DNA of 64,000 bases from Chitinophagales bacterium (lineage in GTDB: Bacteria > Bacteroidota > Bacteroidia > Chitinophagales > Chitinophagaceae), in NCBI GenBank assembly GCA_017303835.1, contig JAFLBI010000002.1, positions 385,945 through 449,944 on the forward strand, read 5' to 3'. Below are positions 1-9,911 of this stretch, in pieces. Below the pieces are notes generated by a model. That model saw nothing but the letters and a program-made list of their open reading frames with translations, was not told the origin of the DNA and searched no databases. The stretch's first letter is position 1. Each line of letters starts with the position of its first letter. The translations under genes and the position numbers were made by a program.

Positions 1-263
1 CCGGATAATTGTCGAGCAATATGGAGTGCGGCGGTTGAGCGCTGATAAATTTTTCCATGCTCCAGCAGCACCAATGAATCGAATGTTTCCGTATTGAGTT
101 GGTGTGCTTGTAGCACCTGCTGACCGAATGCGCTTTGCAAAGAAGCAAATCGAAATTTCCTTTTTGGATCTCTTTTGATGATGAATTGTACGCTGCCGGT
201 GCAGAGATTGCATACGCCATCAAACAAGAGTACGGGGCCGTTATGTGTGTCTGGTGTTTGCAT
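1..263 (-). CDS. DCC1-like thiol-disulfide oxidoreductase (DUF393 family); C-terminal part cut off by window edge
   Basis: Not in the ORF track because it runs off the window. My translation of the minus strand from ATG at comp(261-263) gives MQTPDTHNGPVLLFDGVCNLCTGSVQFI... The FDGVCxLC motif is the family hallmark. Confidence 0.6.
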   Translation of the reverse strand, partial: MQTPDTHNGPVLLFDGVCNLCTGSVQFIIKRDPKRKFRFASLQSAFGQQVLQAHQLNTETFDSLVLLEHGKIYQRSTAALHIARQLS

Positions 264-287
264 AAAAAAGTCCCGCAAGAGCGGGAC
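264..287 (-). terminator. Intrinsic terminator downstream of yebC-like gene
   Basis: GTCCCGC-AAGA-GCGGGAC hairpin at 270-287. On the minus strand it is followed by T6 (complement of A-run 264-269), 10 nt after the stop at 297. Confidence 0.7.
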
Positions 288-296
288 TGATATCGG

Positions 297-1019
297 TTAA
301 CCCATGTTATGGAATACCTTACTTACATCATCATCCTGCTCCAAGCGTTCAATCAATTTACTGATTTCTTCGGCTTGTTCATCAGTTACCGGAACCGTAA
401 CGGAAGGAATCCATTCCAGTTCAGCACTGATCGTTGCAATATTCTTGTCTTCCAGTGCTTTTTGCAGGTTACCGAAATCGGTAAAGCCGCAACGTAATAC
501 AATAATGGCTTCGCCATTTTCGCCGGTGCCTTCACCCATTTCCTCCAAGCCAAAATCAATCAGTTCTAATTCCAGTTCTTCGATATTGACGTTCTCAGGC
601 TTCAGCTTGAAAACACCCATCTTCTTGAACTGAAAGCTTACGCTTCCGCTGGTGCCCATACTGCCACCACCTTTGTTGAAATGGCTGCGCACGTTGGCAA
701 CAGTTCTGGTATTGTTATCGGTAGCGGCTTCCACCAGAATGGCAACGCCATGGGGCGCATATCCTTCGTACAAGATTTCTTCGTAATTGCTGGTATCCTT
801 ACCCAATGCGCGCTTAATAGCTGCTTCTACACGGTCTTTTGGCATGCCCACACTTCTGGCGTTCTGCATACAACGGCGCAGCGCCGGGTTGGTGGTATGG
901 TCTGGTCCGCCTGCTTTAACGGCAATCACGATTTCCTTACCAATTCGTGTGAACTGCTTGGCCATGCGATCCCAGCGGGCAAACATGGTGGCTTTACGTA
1001 CTTCAAAAATCCTACCCAT
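297..1019 (-). CDS. yebC: YebC/PmpR family DNA-binding transcriptional regulator
   Basis: 240 aa. [23 protein letters not shown]... and ...[14 protein letters not shown]... are typical of the YebC (DUF28) family. Confidence 0.9.
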   Translation of the reverse strand: MGRIFEVRKATMFARWDRMAKQFTRIGKEIVIAVKAGGPDHTTNPALRRCMQNARSVGMPKDRVEAAIKRALGKDTSNYEEILYEGYAPHGVAILVEAATDNNTRTVANVRSHFNKGGGSMGTSGSVSFQFKKMGVFKLKPENVNIEELELELIDFGLEEMGEGTGENGEAIIVLRCGFTDFGNLQKALEDKNIATISAELEWIPSVTVPVTDEQAEEISKLIERLEQDDDVSKVFHNMG

Positions 1020-1097
1020 AATCCTGTTTTTGTTGGGGTGGCAAAATTAGGTTTTGTACACCACAAGAAAAAACCCCGTATGAACGGGGCTTTTTAC

Positions 1098-2627
1098 TTA
1101 TTCAAAGTCAGATGCTTTTGGAATAATATCCGATGGATTTCGGAGCTTACTGTTGTGCTTGCTATAAAGGAAGTAAACAACCAGACCTACTGCCATCCAG
1201 ATAAAGGCTACGGTCAGGGTTTGCTTGTCCAGACCAGCAATCATCGCTGTACAGATCAATGCACCTAAAGTGCCCACTACAGGAGCAGCCGGTGTTTTGA
1301 AAGGACGCTCGATATTGGGCGCTTTCACACGCAGAATCCATACGCCAATACTTACCAGCACGAAGGCGAAGAGGGTGCCGAAGCTGGTCAGATCACCTGC
1401 TACGTGGCCAGGTACAAAAGCTGCAAATGCACCTACGAAGAAAAAGAGAATCCAGTTAGCCTTGTAAGGTGTTTTGAATTTAGGATGCAGTTCGCCGAAT
1501 GCTTTTGGAATCAATCCATCATTACTCATGGTATAGAAGATACGGCTCTGGCCCATCAACATCACCAAGATAACTGATGAGAAACCAGCCAGGATAGCGA
1601 TGGTTACCGCTTGCGCCAGCCAGCTATAGCCAATCATATAAGTAGAAATAGCGTAAGCTACAGAAGCTTCACGGCCTTTTTCAGGATCCACAAAATCTTT
1701 CCAGTTGGCAACACCGGTTAATACGTGACCAAAGAGGATGTATAAAATGGTACATACCACCAGTGAACCGAGGATACCAATGGGCATATCGCGCTTAGGG
1801 TTCTTGGCTTCCTGTGCAGCTGTACTTACCGCATCAAAACCGATAAAGGCAAAGAATACAATCGCAGCGCCACCGAGAATACCACCCCAGCCATGTTTGT
1901 TCCAGCCGCTATAATCAGCAATTACTTTACCAGCTTGGTCTGTTACAGCAGCTGTTCCTTCAGGAATCAGGTAAGGCGTATGGTTTTCAGGCTTGATAAA
2001 CTGCCAGCCAATTGCAATGAACAAGAGTACAATAGCTACTTTGATGAATACGATGATGGCATTCACCAGTGCAGATTCTTGTGTACCCTTGATCAGCAAT
2101 AAGGTTAATAAAAGCAGAATCACCAGTGCAGGTGCGTTGATCATACCCTGATGTAACACACCGGCAGAATCTGTATAGGATTCAAAAGGCGAGTGGCACC
2201 ATTCATAAGGAATGCCGCCTCCAAACAGCTTGTTTAAGTATTCGCTCCATGCAATAGAAACTGTTGCAGCACCCAATGCATATTCCATGATCAGGGCCCA
2301 GCCGATGATCCAAGCGATCAATTCGCCCATGGTTACATAAGAGTAAGCATAAGCACTACCAGCGATGGGAATCATGGCAGCAAATTCAGCATAACATAAA
2401 CCTGCAAAAGCGCAACCTACGGCTGCGAGAATAAATGACAGTGTTACGCCAGGGCCTGCGGCCTGACCAGCAGCTGCAGCTGTTCTTACAAACAGACCTG
2501 CGCCGATGATGGCACCAATGCCCAATGCGATCAAATTGCCTGCACCTAATGTGCGCTTCAATCCTTTCTCACTATCTGCTGCCTGGGCAAGCAGTTCATT
2601 GAGGGGTTTTTTGACAAATAAACTCAT
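1098..2627 (-). CDS. APC-superfamily amino acid permease
   Basis: 509 aa polytopic membrane protein. The N-terminal LKRTLGAGNLIALGIGAIIGAGLFV signature matches amino-acid permeases. Confidence 0.85.
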   Translation of the reverse strand: MSLFVKKPLNELLAQAADSEKGLKRTLGAGNLIALGIGAIIGAGLFVRTAAAAGQAAGPGVTLSFILAAVGCAFAGLCYAEFAAMIPIAGSAYAYSYVTMGELIAWIIGWALIMEYALGAATVSIAWSEYLNKLFGGGIPYEWCHSPFESYTDSAGVLHQGMINAPALVILLLLTLLLIKGTQESALVNAIIVFIKVAIVLLFIAIGWQFIKPENHTPYLIPEGTAAVTDQAGKVIADYSGWNKHGWGGILGGAAIVFFAFIGFDAVSTAAQEAKNPKRDMPIGILGSLVVCTILYILFGHVLTGVANWKDFVDPEKGREASVAYAISTYMIGYSWLAQAVTIAILAGFSSVILVMLMGQSRIFYTMSNDGLIPKAFGELHPKFKTPYKANWILFFFVGAFAAFVPGHVAGDLTSFGTLFAFVLVSIGVWILRVKAPNIERPFKTPAAPVVGTLGALICTAMIAGLDKQTLTVAFIWMAVGLVVYFLYSKHNSKLRNPSDIIPKASDFE

Positions 2628-2766
2628 ACGTGTGCGTTGGATAGTTAGTTGATTTGGGGCTGAAAAATAAGGATTTATTCATCTTGGCAGGGAAATCTTT
2701 TATGATTGAGGCCCTTCCCCTCATTGGCCCTTAATCATTATATTGCCGCATTAATTCAATGCTTGC

Positions 2767-4038
2767 ATGGAAATAGCTGCTACTGCCCCAAAGAAAAACC
2801 GGCTCACGCTTTATATCATTATTGCTATGTTTCTGGGGATAGCAGTTGGCTATCTGGTTCATGAGCAGGCTAGTCCCGATACCATCAAGGCTTTTTCCAA
2901 GAACATTAAGTTGCTCGGAACGATTTTTATTCGTTTGGTGAAAACCATTATCGCACCCCTGGTTTTCTCAACACTGGTGGTGGGTATTGCCAAGCTGGGC
3001 GATTTGAAAACAGTGGGACGTATTGGTGGTAAAGCCATGCTCTGGTTTATCTCTGCTTCATTGGTGAGTTTGTTACTGGGTATGGTCTTGGTGAATATTT
3101 TTCAGCCGGGCTCTTATATTGATTTGAGCCAGGGCGATCAGGCCGGATTAAAAGACCTGATGAGTAAGACCTCTGAATTTTCTTTGCAAAAGTTCGTGGA
3201 GCATGTGGTGCCTTCCAGTGCATTTGAAGCGATGGCTACCAATGAGATTCTACAGATTGTTGTGTTCTCTATTTTCTTTGGTGTGGCTGCTGCAGCTATG
3301 GGTGATAAAGCAGCGCCTGTGATCAAGGCCTTAGATATTGTGGCGCATATTGTGCTGAAGATCGTTGGCTATATCATGAATTTTGCTCCCTTCGGTGTAT
3401 TCGGTACGCTGGCAGCAGTTGTTGCAGAAAAGGGCCTAGGCATTTTTAAATTCTACCTGGTTTATTACGGTTATTTTGTTTTAGGCATTGCACTGCTTTG
3501 GGTAATCCTCAGTGGCGTTGGCGTCATGATTCTAAAAGGACGTATGCGCGAGCTGTTTCGCAGAATTGGTAACCCCTTATTGATTGCATTTAGTACCACC
3601 AGTAGCGAAGCGGTGTTTCCAAAACTCACAGAAGAACTGGAAAGATTTGGTTGTAAGAACAAAATTGTTTCATTCGTATTGCCGCTTGGTTATTCTTTTA
3701 ACCTGGATGGTAGTATGATGTATATGACTTTCGCCAGCTTGGCAATTGCCCAGGCTTATGGTATTCATCTGGATATTCCTACTCAGCTCACTATGCTATT
3801 GGTATTAATGCTAACGAGCAAGGGAATTGCCGGTGTACCCAGAGCATCTTTAATTATTGTATTGGCCACTTGCGCCATGTTTAAGATTCCACCCGAAGGG
3901 GTTGCCTTGATTTTACCGATTGATCATTTCTGTGATATGCTGCGCAGCGCCACCAATGTGTTGGGCAATGCACTGGCAACATCAGCAGTGAGTAAGTGGG
4001 AAGGTGAACTGGCTGATGGGGATACTTTAAATGCGTAA
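2767..4038 (+). CDS. Dicarboxylate/amino acid:cation symporter (DAACS, GltP/DctA type)
   Basis: 423 aa polytopic protein with the motifs FSTTSSEAVFPK and SKGIAGVPRASL characteristic of the DAACS family. Confidence 0.85.
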   Translation: MEIAATAPKKNRLTLYIIIAMFLGIAVGYLVHEQASPDTIKAFSKNIKLLGTIFIRLVKTIIAPLVFSTLVVGIAKLGDLKTVGRIGGKAMLWFISASLVSLLLGMVLVNIFQPGSYIDLSQGDQAGLKDLMSKTSEFSLQKFVEHVVPSSAFEAMATNEILQIVVFSIFFGVAAAAMGDKAAPVIKALDIVAHIVLKIVGYIMNFAPFGVFGTLAAVVAEKGLGIFKFYLVYYGYFVLGIALLWVILSGVGVMILKGRMRELFRRIGNPLLIAFSTTSSEAVFPKLTEELERFGCKNKIVSFVLPLGYSFNLDGSMMYMTFASLAIAQAYGIHLDIPTQLTMLLVLMLTSKGIAGVPRASLIIVLATCAMFKIPPEGVALILPIDHFCDMLRSATNVLGNALATSAVSKWEGELADGDTLNA

Positions 4039-4040
4039 TC

Positions 4041-4784
4041 ATGTTGACATCGATTTTATTAGAATTTCATTGGTCGCAATTACTACAACCTCAGTTTTAC
4101 ATTGAGAATGGTGGTTTGTGGTTATTGTTGTTTGTGGTTTTTGCCGAAACAGGTTTGTTTGCCGGTTTCTTTTTGCCGGGCGATAGCTTGCTTTTTGTTG
4201 CAGGTATTTTCGCTACACAAATGGGTGAGGGCGCAAACGTAGAGCCCGGACTCGCTTATCAGTTTTTAAAACTGGTAGGACTTGGTGCAGTACGTAATGA
4301 GTGGCTCGACTTAATTGTATTGGTAGGATTAATTGCTACAGCCGGTATATTAGGCAATAGCGTAGGCTATTGGTTTGGTAGAAAAGTAGGCCCCTCCATC
4401 TATCATTGGAAAGATACTTTGCTCTTCAAGAAAAAATATTTGCATCAGGCACATGATTTTTATGAGAAGCACGGTGCTATCGCAATTGTAGGCGCACGTT
4501 TTCTGCCTTTGATCAGAACTTTTGCGCCCATCATTGCAGGTGTGGTAGAGATGGATAGAAAGAAATTCATGTACTACAATATTGTTGGTTCTTTCGCCTG
4601 GGTGACCAGTATGATTTTTGCTGGTCACTTTTTGCAAAAATGGATTTTGGCACAGTTCGGTTTTGATTTGAAATCACATCTGGAAGTGATTGTTCTTGGT
4701 ATTGTTTTCGTGACAACCGCACCTGTATTGGTTAAGATCATTATGCCATCCAAGCCTAAAGCAGACACCCCAAAACAATCCTGA
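4041..4784 (+). CDS. DedA family (VTT domain) membrane protein
   Basis: 247 aa with the FFLPGDSLLFVAG motif and multiple TM segments. Confidence 0.8.
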   Translation: MLTSILLEFHWSQLLQPQFYIENGGLWLLLFVVFAETGLFAGFFLPGDSLLFVAGIFATQMGEGANVEPGLAYQFLKLVGLGAVRNEWLDLIVLVGLIATAGILGNSVGYWFGRKVGPSIYHWKDTLLFKKKYLHQAHDFYEKHGAIAIVGARFLPLIRTFAPIIAGVVEMDRKKFMYYNIVGSFAWVTSMIFAGHFLQKWILAQFGFDLKSHLEVIVLGIVFVTTAPVLVKIIMPSKPKADTPKQS

Positions 4785-4785
4785 T

Positions 4786-6033
4786 ATGCAAAACAAAAAC
4801 CAAGGAATATTTTCCCTTGCAGTAGTAGTTGCTGCACTTGGTTATTTTGTAGATATCTACGATTTGCTCTTATTTACTATTGTCAAGAAACCCAGTATGC
4901 TAGGTGTTGGCTCAACAGATGCGTCGATGCTGGCAGATAGTACCAAAGTGATTAACTGGCAGATGACCGGTTTGTTGATTGGTGGTATTTTCTGGGGTGT
5001 ACTCGCAGACAAGAAGGGTAGATTGAGTGTGTTGTTTGGGTCCATCATTTTGTACTCTGTAGCCAATTTTGTTACAGGCTTTATTCAAACAGTTGATCAA
5101 TATGCTTGGTGCCGTTTTGTGGCGGGACTAGGTCTTGCGGGTGAACTAGGCGCAGGTATTACGCTGGTAAGCGAACTCTTACCAAAAAACAAAAGAGGTA
5201 TTGGTACTTCTCTCGTTGCCGGTATTGGTTTGTTTGGAGCAGTAGCTGCGTATTTCACTTTCGATTACACCCAGGACTGGCGCTTGTGTTATAAAATAGG
5301 TGGTGGCTTGGGTATTATGCTATTGTTGCTTCGAGTAAGCGTGGCAGAATCTGGTATGTTCCACGAAGTGAAAACATCCGGTATTGCCCGCGGTAATTTC
5401 TTTATGTTCTTCACTAGTGCCAAGCGTTTCAAAAAATATATACTCGCAATCCTGATTGGCTTGCCTACCTGGTATGTGATTGGTATTGTGGTGAACCAAA
5501 GCGATCGCTTTGCGCGCGAACTCTATGGCAGTGATGCCATTAATTCTGGTCGCTCCATCATGTTCGCCTATGCAGCCATTGCTACCGGTGATATCCTGAT
5601 AGGGTTAGTGAGCCAGTATTTCAAAAGCAGAAAGAAAGCCCTGTTATTATTTTATACGCTTTGCATCATCGGCCTCTTATTGTTCTACTCTTCTGTTAAC
5701 AACAGTGACGCCCGCATGTATGCCATCTGTGCACTCTTAGGTTTCAGTACCGGCTTCTGGGCCATCTTTGTAACAATGGGTGCAGAACAGTTTGGCACCA
5801 ATCTACGTGCAACAGCTGCTACTACCATACCGAACATGGTGCGTGGTGCATTACCATTGATCAATATGTTGTTCTTAGATCTGTTTCAGAAAAGCTGGGG
5901 CTGGCCCTTGATTCAAAGCGGTATTGTAACCGGTGTTGTGGTGATGCTGATAACAATGGTAGCTTACTATTTTACTGAAGAAACCTTCCACAAAGACCTG
6001 AACTATGTGGAGACTGAGGAAATGTTGCCCTGA
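4786..6033 (+). CDS. MFS transporter
   Basis: 415 aa with about 12 hydrophobic segments and a GVLADKKGRL loop motif (MFS D-R/K-x-G-R-R/K). Confidence 0.75.
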   Translation: MQNKNQGIFSLAVVVAALGYFVDIYDLLLFTIVKKPSMLGVGSTDASMLADSTKVINWQMTGLLIGGIFWGVLADKKGRLSVLFGSIILYSVANFVTGFIQTVDQYAWCRFVAGLGLAGELGAGITLVSELLPKNKRGIGTSLVAGIGLFGAVAAYFTFDYTQDWRLCYKIGGGLGIMLLLLRVSVAESGMFHEVKTSGIARGNFFMFFTSAKRFKKYILAILIGLPTWYVIGIVVNQSDRFARELYGSDAINSGRSIMFAYAAIATGDILIGLVSQYFKSRKKALLLFYTLCIIGLLLFYSSVNNSDARMYAICALLGFSTGFWAIFVTMGAEQFGTNLRATAATTIPNMVRGALPLINMLFLDLFQKSWGWPLIQSGIVTGVVVMLITMVAYYFTEETFHKDLNYVETEEMLP

Positions 6034-6045
6034 TAAATTGCTCGA

Positions 6046-7035
6046 ATGAAAATTCTGCTCATCCGTTTCTCATCTATCGGCGATATTGTTTTAACCACGC
6101 CGATTATTCGCTGCCTGAAACTGCAGCTTCCGGATGCAGAGATTCACTACCTCACCAAGAAAAGCTTTGCAGGTATTCTGCAGCACAATCCCTACATCGA
6201 TCGTTTACACTTATTAGATCATAGTTGGGAGATTGTTATACATGAGCTGAAAGATCATTCCTTTGATTATATCATTGATCTGCACCACAACCTACGCAGC
6301 CTACGCGTGAAACGTGCTTTGAAAGGCACTCCCGCTTTTTCATTCGATAAACTCAATGTAAAAAAGTGGTTGCTGACCGCACTCAAGATTAATCGGTTAC
6401 CCAATGTGCATATTGTAGATCGTTGCTTTGATACGGTGAAAGCATTGGGTGTGGTGAATGATGGGAAAGGGTTGGATTATTTTATCCCAGCTTCAGATGA
6501 AGTGCAACCTAAAGACATTCCGGCGGCGCATAGTTTTGGTTATATCGGTGTGGTGATTGGTGCTGCGCTTGCCACCAAGCAAATGCCCATCGCCAAATTG
6601 CAGGAGCTCTGTACGAAGATTGCATATCCCATTATTTTATTAGGAGGAAAAGAAGACATAGCTGCAGGTGAAGCCATTGCTGCAATTGATCCGATTCGTA
6701 TTTACAATGCTTGTGGTAAGTTCAATCTAAATGAGAGTGCTGATTTGGTGCGCAAGGCTAAGCTTATCATCACGCATGATACAGGCCTGATGCATATCGC
6801 AGCAGCGCTGCACAAGCCCATCATCAGTATCTGGGGTAATACCGTGCCCGCTTTTGGCATGACGCCTTATTACGGCGATCATCCTGCCGCCAATCAAGCA
6901 TTTGAAGTCACCAATATCTCTTGCAGACCTTGCAGTAAAATCGGTCATAAAAAATGTCCGCGTGGCCATTTCAAGTGCATGCAATTACAAGACACAAGCC
7001 TTATTGCGGCCACAGCCATGCGTTGGCTACAATAA
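6046..7035 (+). CDS. Glycosyltransferase family 9 (heptosyltransferase-like)
   Basis: 329 aa with an MKILLIRFSSIGDIVLTTP N-terminus and a THDTGLMHIAAAL motif. Confidence 0.8.
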   Translation: MKILLIRFSSIGDIVLTTPIIRCLKLQLPDAEIHYLTKKSFAGILQHNPYIDRLHLLDHSWEIVIHELKDHSFDYIIDLHHNLRSLRVKRALKGTPAFSFDKLNVKKWLLTALKINRLPNVHIVDRCFDTVKALGVVNDGKGLDYFIPASDEVQPKDIPAAHSFGYIGVVIGAALATKQMPIAKLQELCTKIAYPIILLGGKEDIAAGEAIAAIDPIRIYNACGKFNLNESADLVRKAKLIITHDTGLMHIAAALHKPIISIWGNTVPAFGMTPYYGDHPAANQAFEVTNISCRPCSKIGHKKCPRGHFKCMQLQDTSLIAATAMRWLQ

Positions 7036-7061
7036 AAAATCCCCCTGATTGCTCAGAGGGA
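7034..7061. terminator. Bidirectional stem-loop between convergent GT9 and mdh genes
   Basis: A6 then TCCCCCTGA-TTGC-TCAGAGGGA (8 of 9 bp paired). The A-run gives a U-run for the minus-strand mdh transcript. Confidence 0.55.
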
Positions 7062-7083
7062 CTTTCCACTATTCGTGTATTGA

Positions 7084-8013
7084 TTAGAGTGTTTTCAGTA
7101 CATCGTTCATGCTGCGCACTGCATCAGCACTCTTGTTAAACAGGGCTTGCTCGTCTGCATTCAGTTTGAAATCAACAATCTTCTCCCAGCCATTCTTGCC
7201 TACGATCACAGGAACACCCAGACAGATGTCTTTCTGACCGTATTCGCCTTCCAGAGATACGCAGCAAGTGAAGAGTTTCTTCTCATCACGTACAATGCTC
7301 TCTACCAAAGCAGCTCCGGCAGCACCTGGTGCATACCAAGCAGAAGTGCCAATCAATTTGGTTAATGTAGCACCACCCACCATGGTATCGTTCACAATCT
7401 GCTGCTGTTGTTCAGCACTCAGGAAATCAGTTACAGGTGCGCTATTCCATGTTGCATAGCGGATCAAAGGAATCATGGTTGTATCACCGTGACCACCAAC
7501 TACTACAGCATTCAAATCAGCTGGGCTGCAGTTCAGGTGTTGGCTCAGTTGATACTTAAAGCGGCTGCTATCCAGAATACCACCCATACCAATGATGCGG
7601 TTCTTAGGTAAGCCAGTAGATTGTAATGCCAAATAAGTCATGGTATCCATTGGGTTGGATATCACGATAATGATGGCATTAGGAGAATATTTCAAGATGT
7701 TTTCACAAACGCCTTTTACAATACCTGCGTTGGTGCCAATCAGCTCTTCACGAGTCATGCCTGGTTTACGGGGAATACCAGAAGTGATCACCACAACATC
7801 AGAACCAGCTGTTTTGCTGTAATCATTGGTGCTACCAACGATTTTGGTATCAAAACCAAGCAGGGTAGCAGTCTGCATCATGTCCTGCGCTTTACCTTCT
7901 GCCAAACCTTCTTTGATGTCTAACAAAACCAGTTCGCTGCACAATTCTTTACGGGCAATATTGTCGGCACAGGTTGCTCCAACAGCACCGGCACCTACTA
8001 CAGTTACTTTCAT
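7084..8013 (-). CDS. mdh: Malate dehydrogenase (LDH-like family)
   Basis: 309 aa with MKVTVVGAGAVGATCA (Rossmann GxGxxG) and ITSGIPRKPGMTREEL substrate/catalytic loop motifs. Confidence 0.9.
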   Translation of the reverse strand: MKVTVVGAGAVGATCADNIARKELCSELVLLDIKEGLAEGKAQDMMQTATLLGFDTKIVGSTNDYSKTAGSDVVVITSGIPRKPGMTREELIGTNAGIVKGVCENILKYSPNAIIIVISNPMDTMTYLALQSTGLPKNRIIGMGGILDSSRFKYQLSQHLNCSPADLNAVVVGGHGDTTMIPLIRYATWNSAPVTDFLSAEQQQQIVNDTMVGGATLTKLIGTSAWYAPGAAGAALVESIVRDEKKLFTCCVSLEGEYGQKDICLGVPVIVGKNGWEKIVDFKLNADEQALFNKSADAVRSMNDVLKTL

Positions 8014-8097
8014 GAGAAAAATATTGATACGGTGAGGAATAATTTACGCCGCAAAGGTAGGGGTTGGGGCCGTGCTGCAAATGATATTTTACAGATT

Positions 8098-8604
8098 TTA
8101 CCTATTCGCCGAAGCTATAATGGTGGGTACATCTGCACCGCCTTCAAAAGCTTCTACAAACTGGCCTTTAGCGTTATACACTGCAACAAATGGGGTGAAC
8201 CGAACACGGAAAAAGCTGGGAATTTTATAATTCGGGTCCCTGGTGAAAGAATGATTGGCTAGCTTGTCCAAACCAGCTTGCAGCGCAAAATCTCGGACAC
8301 GCTCGATTGGGTGGTAGCTTACCCAAATAAATTGAAATGAAGCTACACTGTCTTTGGCTGCAGCAAGATCTTTCGCTTCGGTTTTGCAATGTTGGCAATC
8401 GGGGCTGAAATACACAAACACCACAGGCTTCCCTTCAGGTAATTGTTGCTTTACCAGCCAGTTGCCATCTGTTTTGAGCAGACTAAATTCCGGTATTTGA
8501 GGATTGCGTTTGTATGGCGGAATGCTGTCGAACTCAGGCGGCAGTTGTGCAATACTTTGTGCGTGCAACAGAATTGAGAAAAGTAGCAAACCTAACCAGC
8601 GCAT
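8098..8604 (-). CDS. Thioredoxin-fold (TlpA/redoxin-like) exported protein
   Basis: 168 aa with an N-terminal signal peptide and a CQHC redox motif. Its start overlaps the stop of the upstream paralogue (TAATG). Confidence 0.6.
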   Translation of the reverse strand: MRWLGLLLFSILLHAQSIAQLPPEFDSIPPYKRNPQIPEFSLLKTDGNWLVKQQLPEGKPVVFVYFSPDCQHCKTEAKDLAAAKDSVASFQFIWVSYHPIERVRDFALQAGLDKLANHSFTRDPNYKIPSFFRVRFTPFVAVYNAKGQFVEAFEGGADVPTIIASANR

Positions 8605-9104
8605 TAGAGTGCTTTGACTGTGTTCAATAATTTGGGCATCACATAGCCGTCTTTAAAAACTTGTACTAGCTGATACTTGCTGTTGTACACAGCAGCAAAT
8701 GGTGTAACTGTTGGACGAAAAAAAGAAGCAAGCTTAAGGTCGGTGTCCATGCCTAAATAAATGTTAGGAAATGCATCAATCCCCGTTTCAAGAATAAACT
8801 CAGCAATTTGCTGCTTATCTGTACTGATGCTTGCGTAAACAATAGACAGTTTTTTCAGCGTTGCCATGTTTTCAATGATGTCTTTGGTCTCCATTGCACA
8901 ATGGGCGCAAGTGGGACTAAAGATGAAAATCAATACAGGCTTGCCTGCAGGCAGGTTGGCTTTGGTAAATTGCTTGTTTTGGAGTGTCTTTAAACTAAAT
9001 GCAGGTAAAGCCTTCTGTTTTTGATAAGGTGCATCCTTGCTTTGCTGTGCGAAAGCGTTGCAGATAAATGCAAACAAGAGAAATGCTGTCATTAATTGTT
9101 TCAT
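8604..9104 (-). CDS. Thioredoxin-fold (TlpA/redoxin-like) exported protein
   Basis: 166 aa with a signal peptide and a CAHC motif. It is a paralogue of the downstream gene and has a 4-nt overlap with the ABC ATPase gene. Confidence 0.6.
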   Translation of the reverse strand: MKQLMTAFLLFAFICNAFAQQSKDAPYQKQKALPAFSLKTLQNKQFTKANLPAGKPVLIFIFSPTCAHCAMETKDIIENMATLKKLSIVYASISTDKQQIAEFILETGIDAFPNIYLGMDTDLKLASFFRPTVTPFAAVYNSKYQLVQVFKDGYVMPKLLNTVKAL

Positions 9105-9877
9105 GACTGCTTATTAGCTTCCATCATGCGCATTTCCTTGGCATCTTGCAAGAACTCTGATGCGAAGATGAAATTGTTCAACAATTGGTCTTTACTGAAA
9201 ATGATCTCTTTGTTGGAGCCTTCCCACTGCTTTTTACCATTGTGCAGGTAGACGATATGATCGCCGATTTCCATTACACTGTTCATGTCGTGTGTTACCA
9301 CAATGGTAGTGGTGTTAAATTCAGCAGTAATCTCTTTGATCAACTTATCGATAACCATGGAGGTTTGAGGGTCTAAACCGGAGTTAGGTTCGTCGCAGAA
9401 TAGGAAAGTTGGATTTAGCACCAAAGCTCGGGCAATACCTACTCGTTTTTTCATCCCTCCACTCAGTTCAGCAGGAAACTTTTTCTGTGCATCTTTTAGG
9501 TTTACCCTGTTCAGCACTTCGTCTACGCGTTTCTTCTTATCTGTATATGTGCCACTGGCGAACATATCCAATGGAAACATCACATTCTGCTCCACGGTCA
9601 TAGAATCAAACAGTGCAGACCCTTGGAATAGCATGCCAATTCTCTGGCGCAGCGCCTTCTTCTGATCGCGGTCCATGCCCAGCATATCAGTTCCTTCATA
9701 GAGGATTTCTCCTTTATCTGGTTCAAACAAGCCCACCATACATTTGGTCAGTACTGTTTTACCGCTACCGCTGGCGCCGATGATCAGGTTGCACTTGCCG
9801 GGCTCCATTACTGCAGAAATGTCTGAGAGAATGGTGCGATCGCCGAAGCTTTTTATGATATTCCTGATTTCGATCAT
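9101..9877 (-). CDS. ABC transporter ATP-binding protein (MlaF-like)
   Basis: 258 aa with Walker A GASGSGKT, signature LSGGMKKR and Walker B FLFCDEP. Confidence 0.85.
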   Translation of the reverse strand: MIEIRNIIKSFGDRTILSDISAVMEPGKCNLIIGASGSGKTVLTKCMVGLFEPDKGEILYEGTDMLGMDRDQKKALRQRIGMLFQGSALFDSMTVEQNVMFPLDMFASGTYTDKKKRVDEVLNRVNLKDAQKKFPAELSGGMKKRVGIARALVLNPTFLFCDEPNSGLDPQTSMVIDKLIKEITAEFNTTTIVVTHDMNSVMEIGDHIVYLHNGKKQWEGSNKEIIFSKDQLLNNFIFASEFLQDAKEMRMMEANKQS

Positions 9878-9911
9878 GGTGCTAATGTAAGTTAATCAAA
9901 CCTGAACGTAT

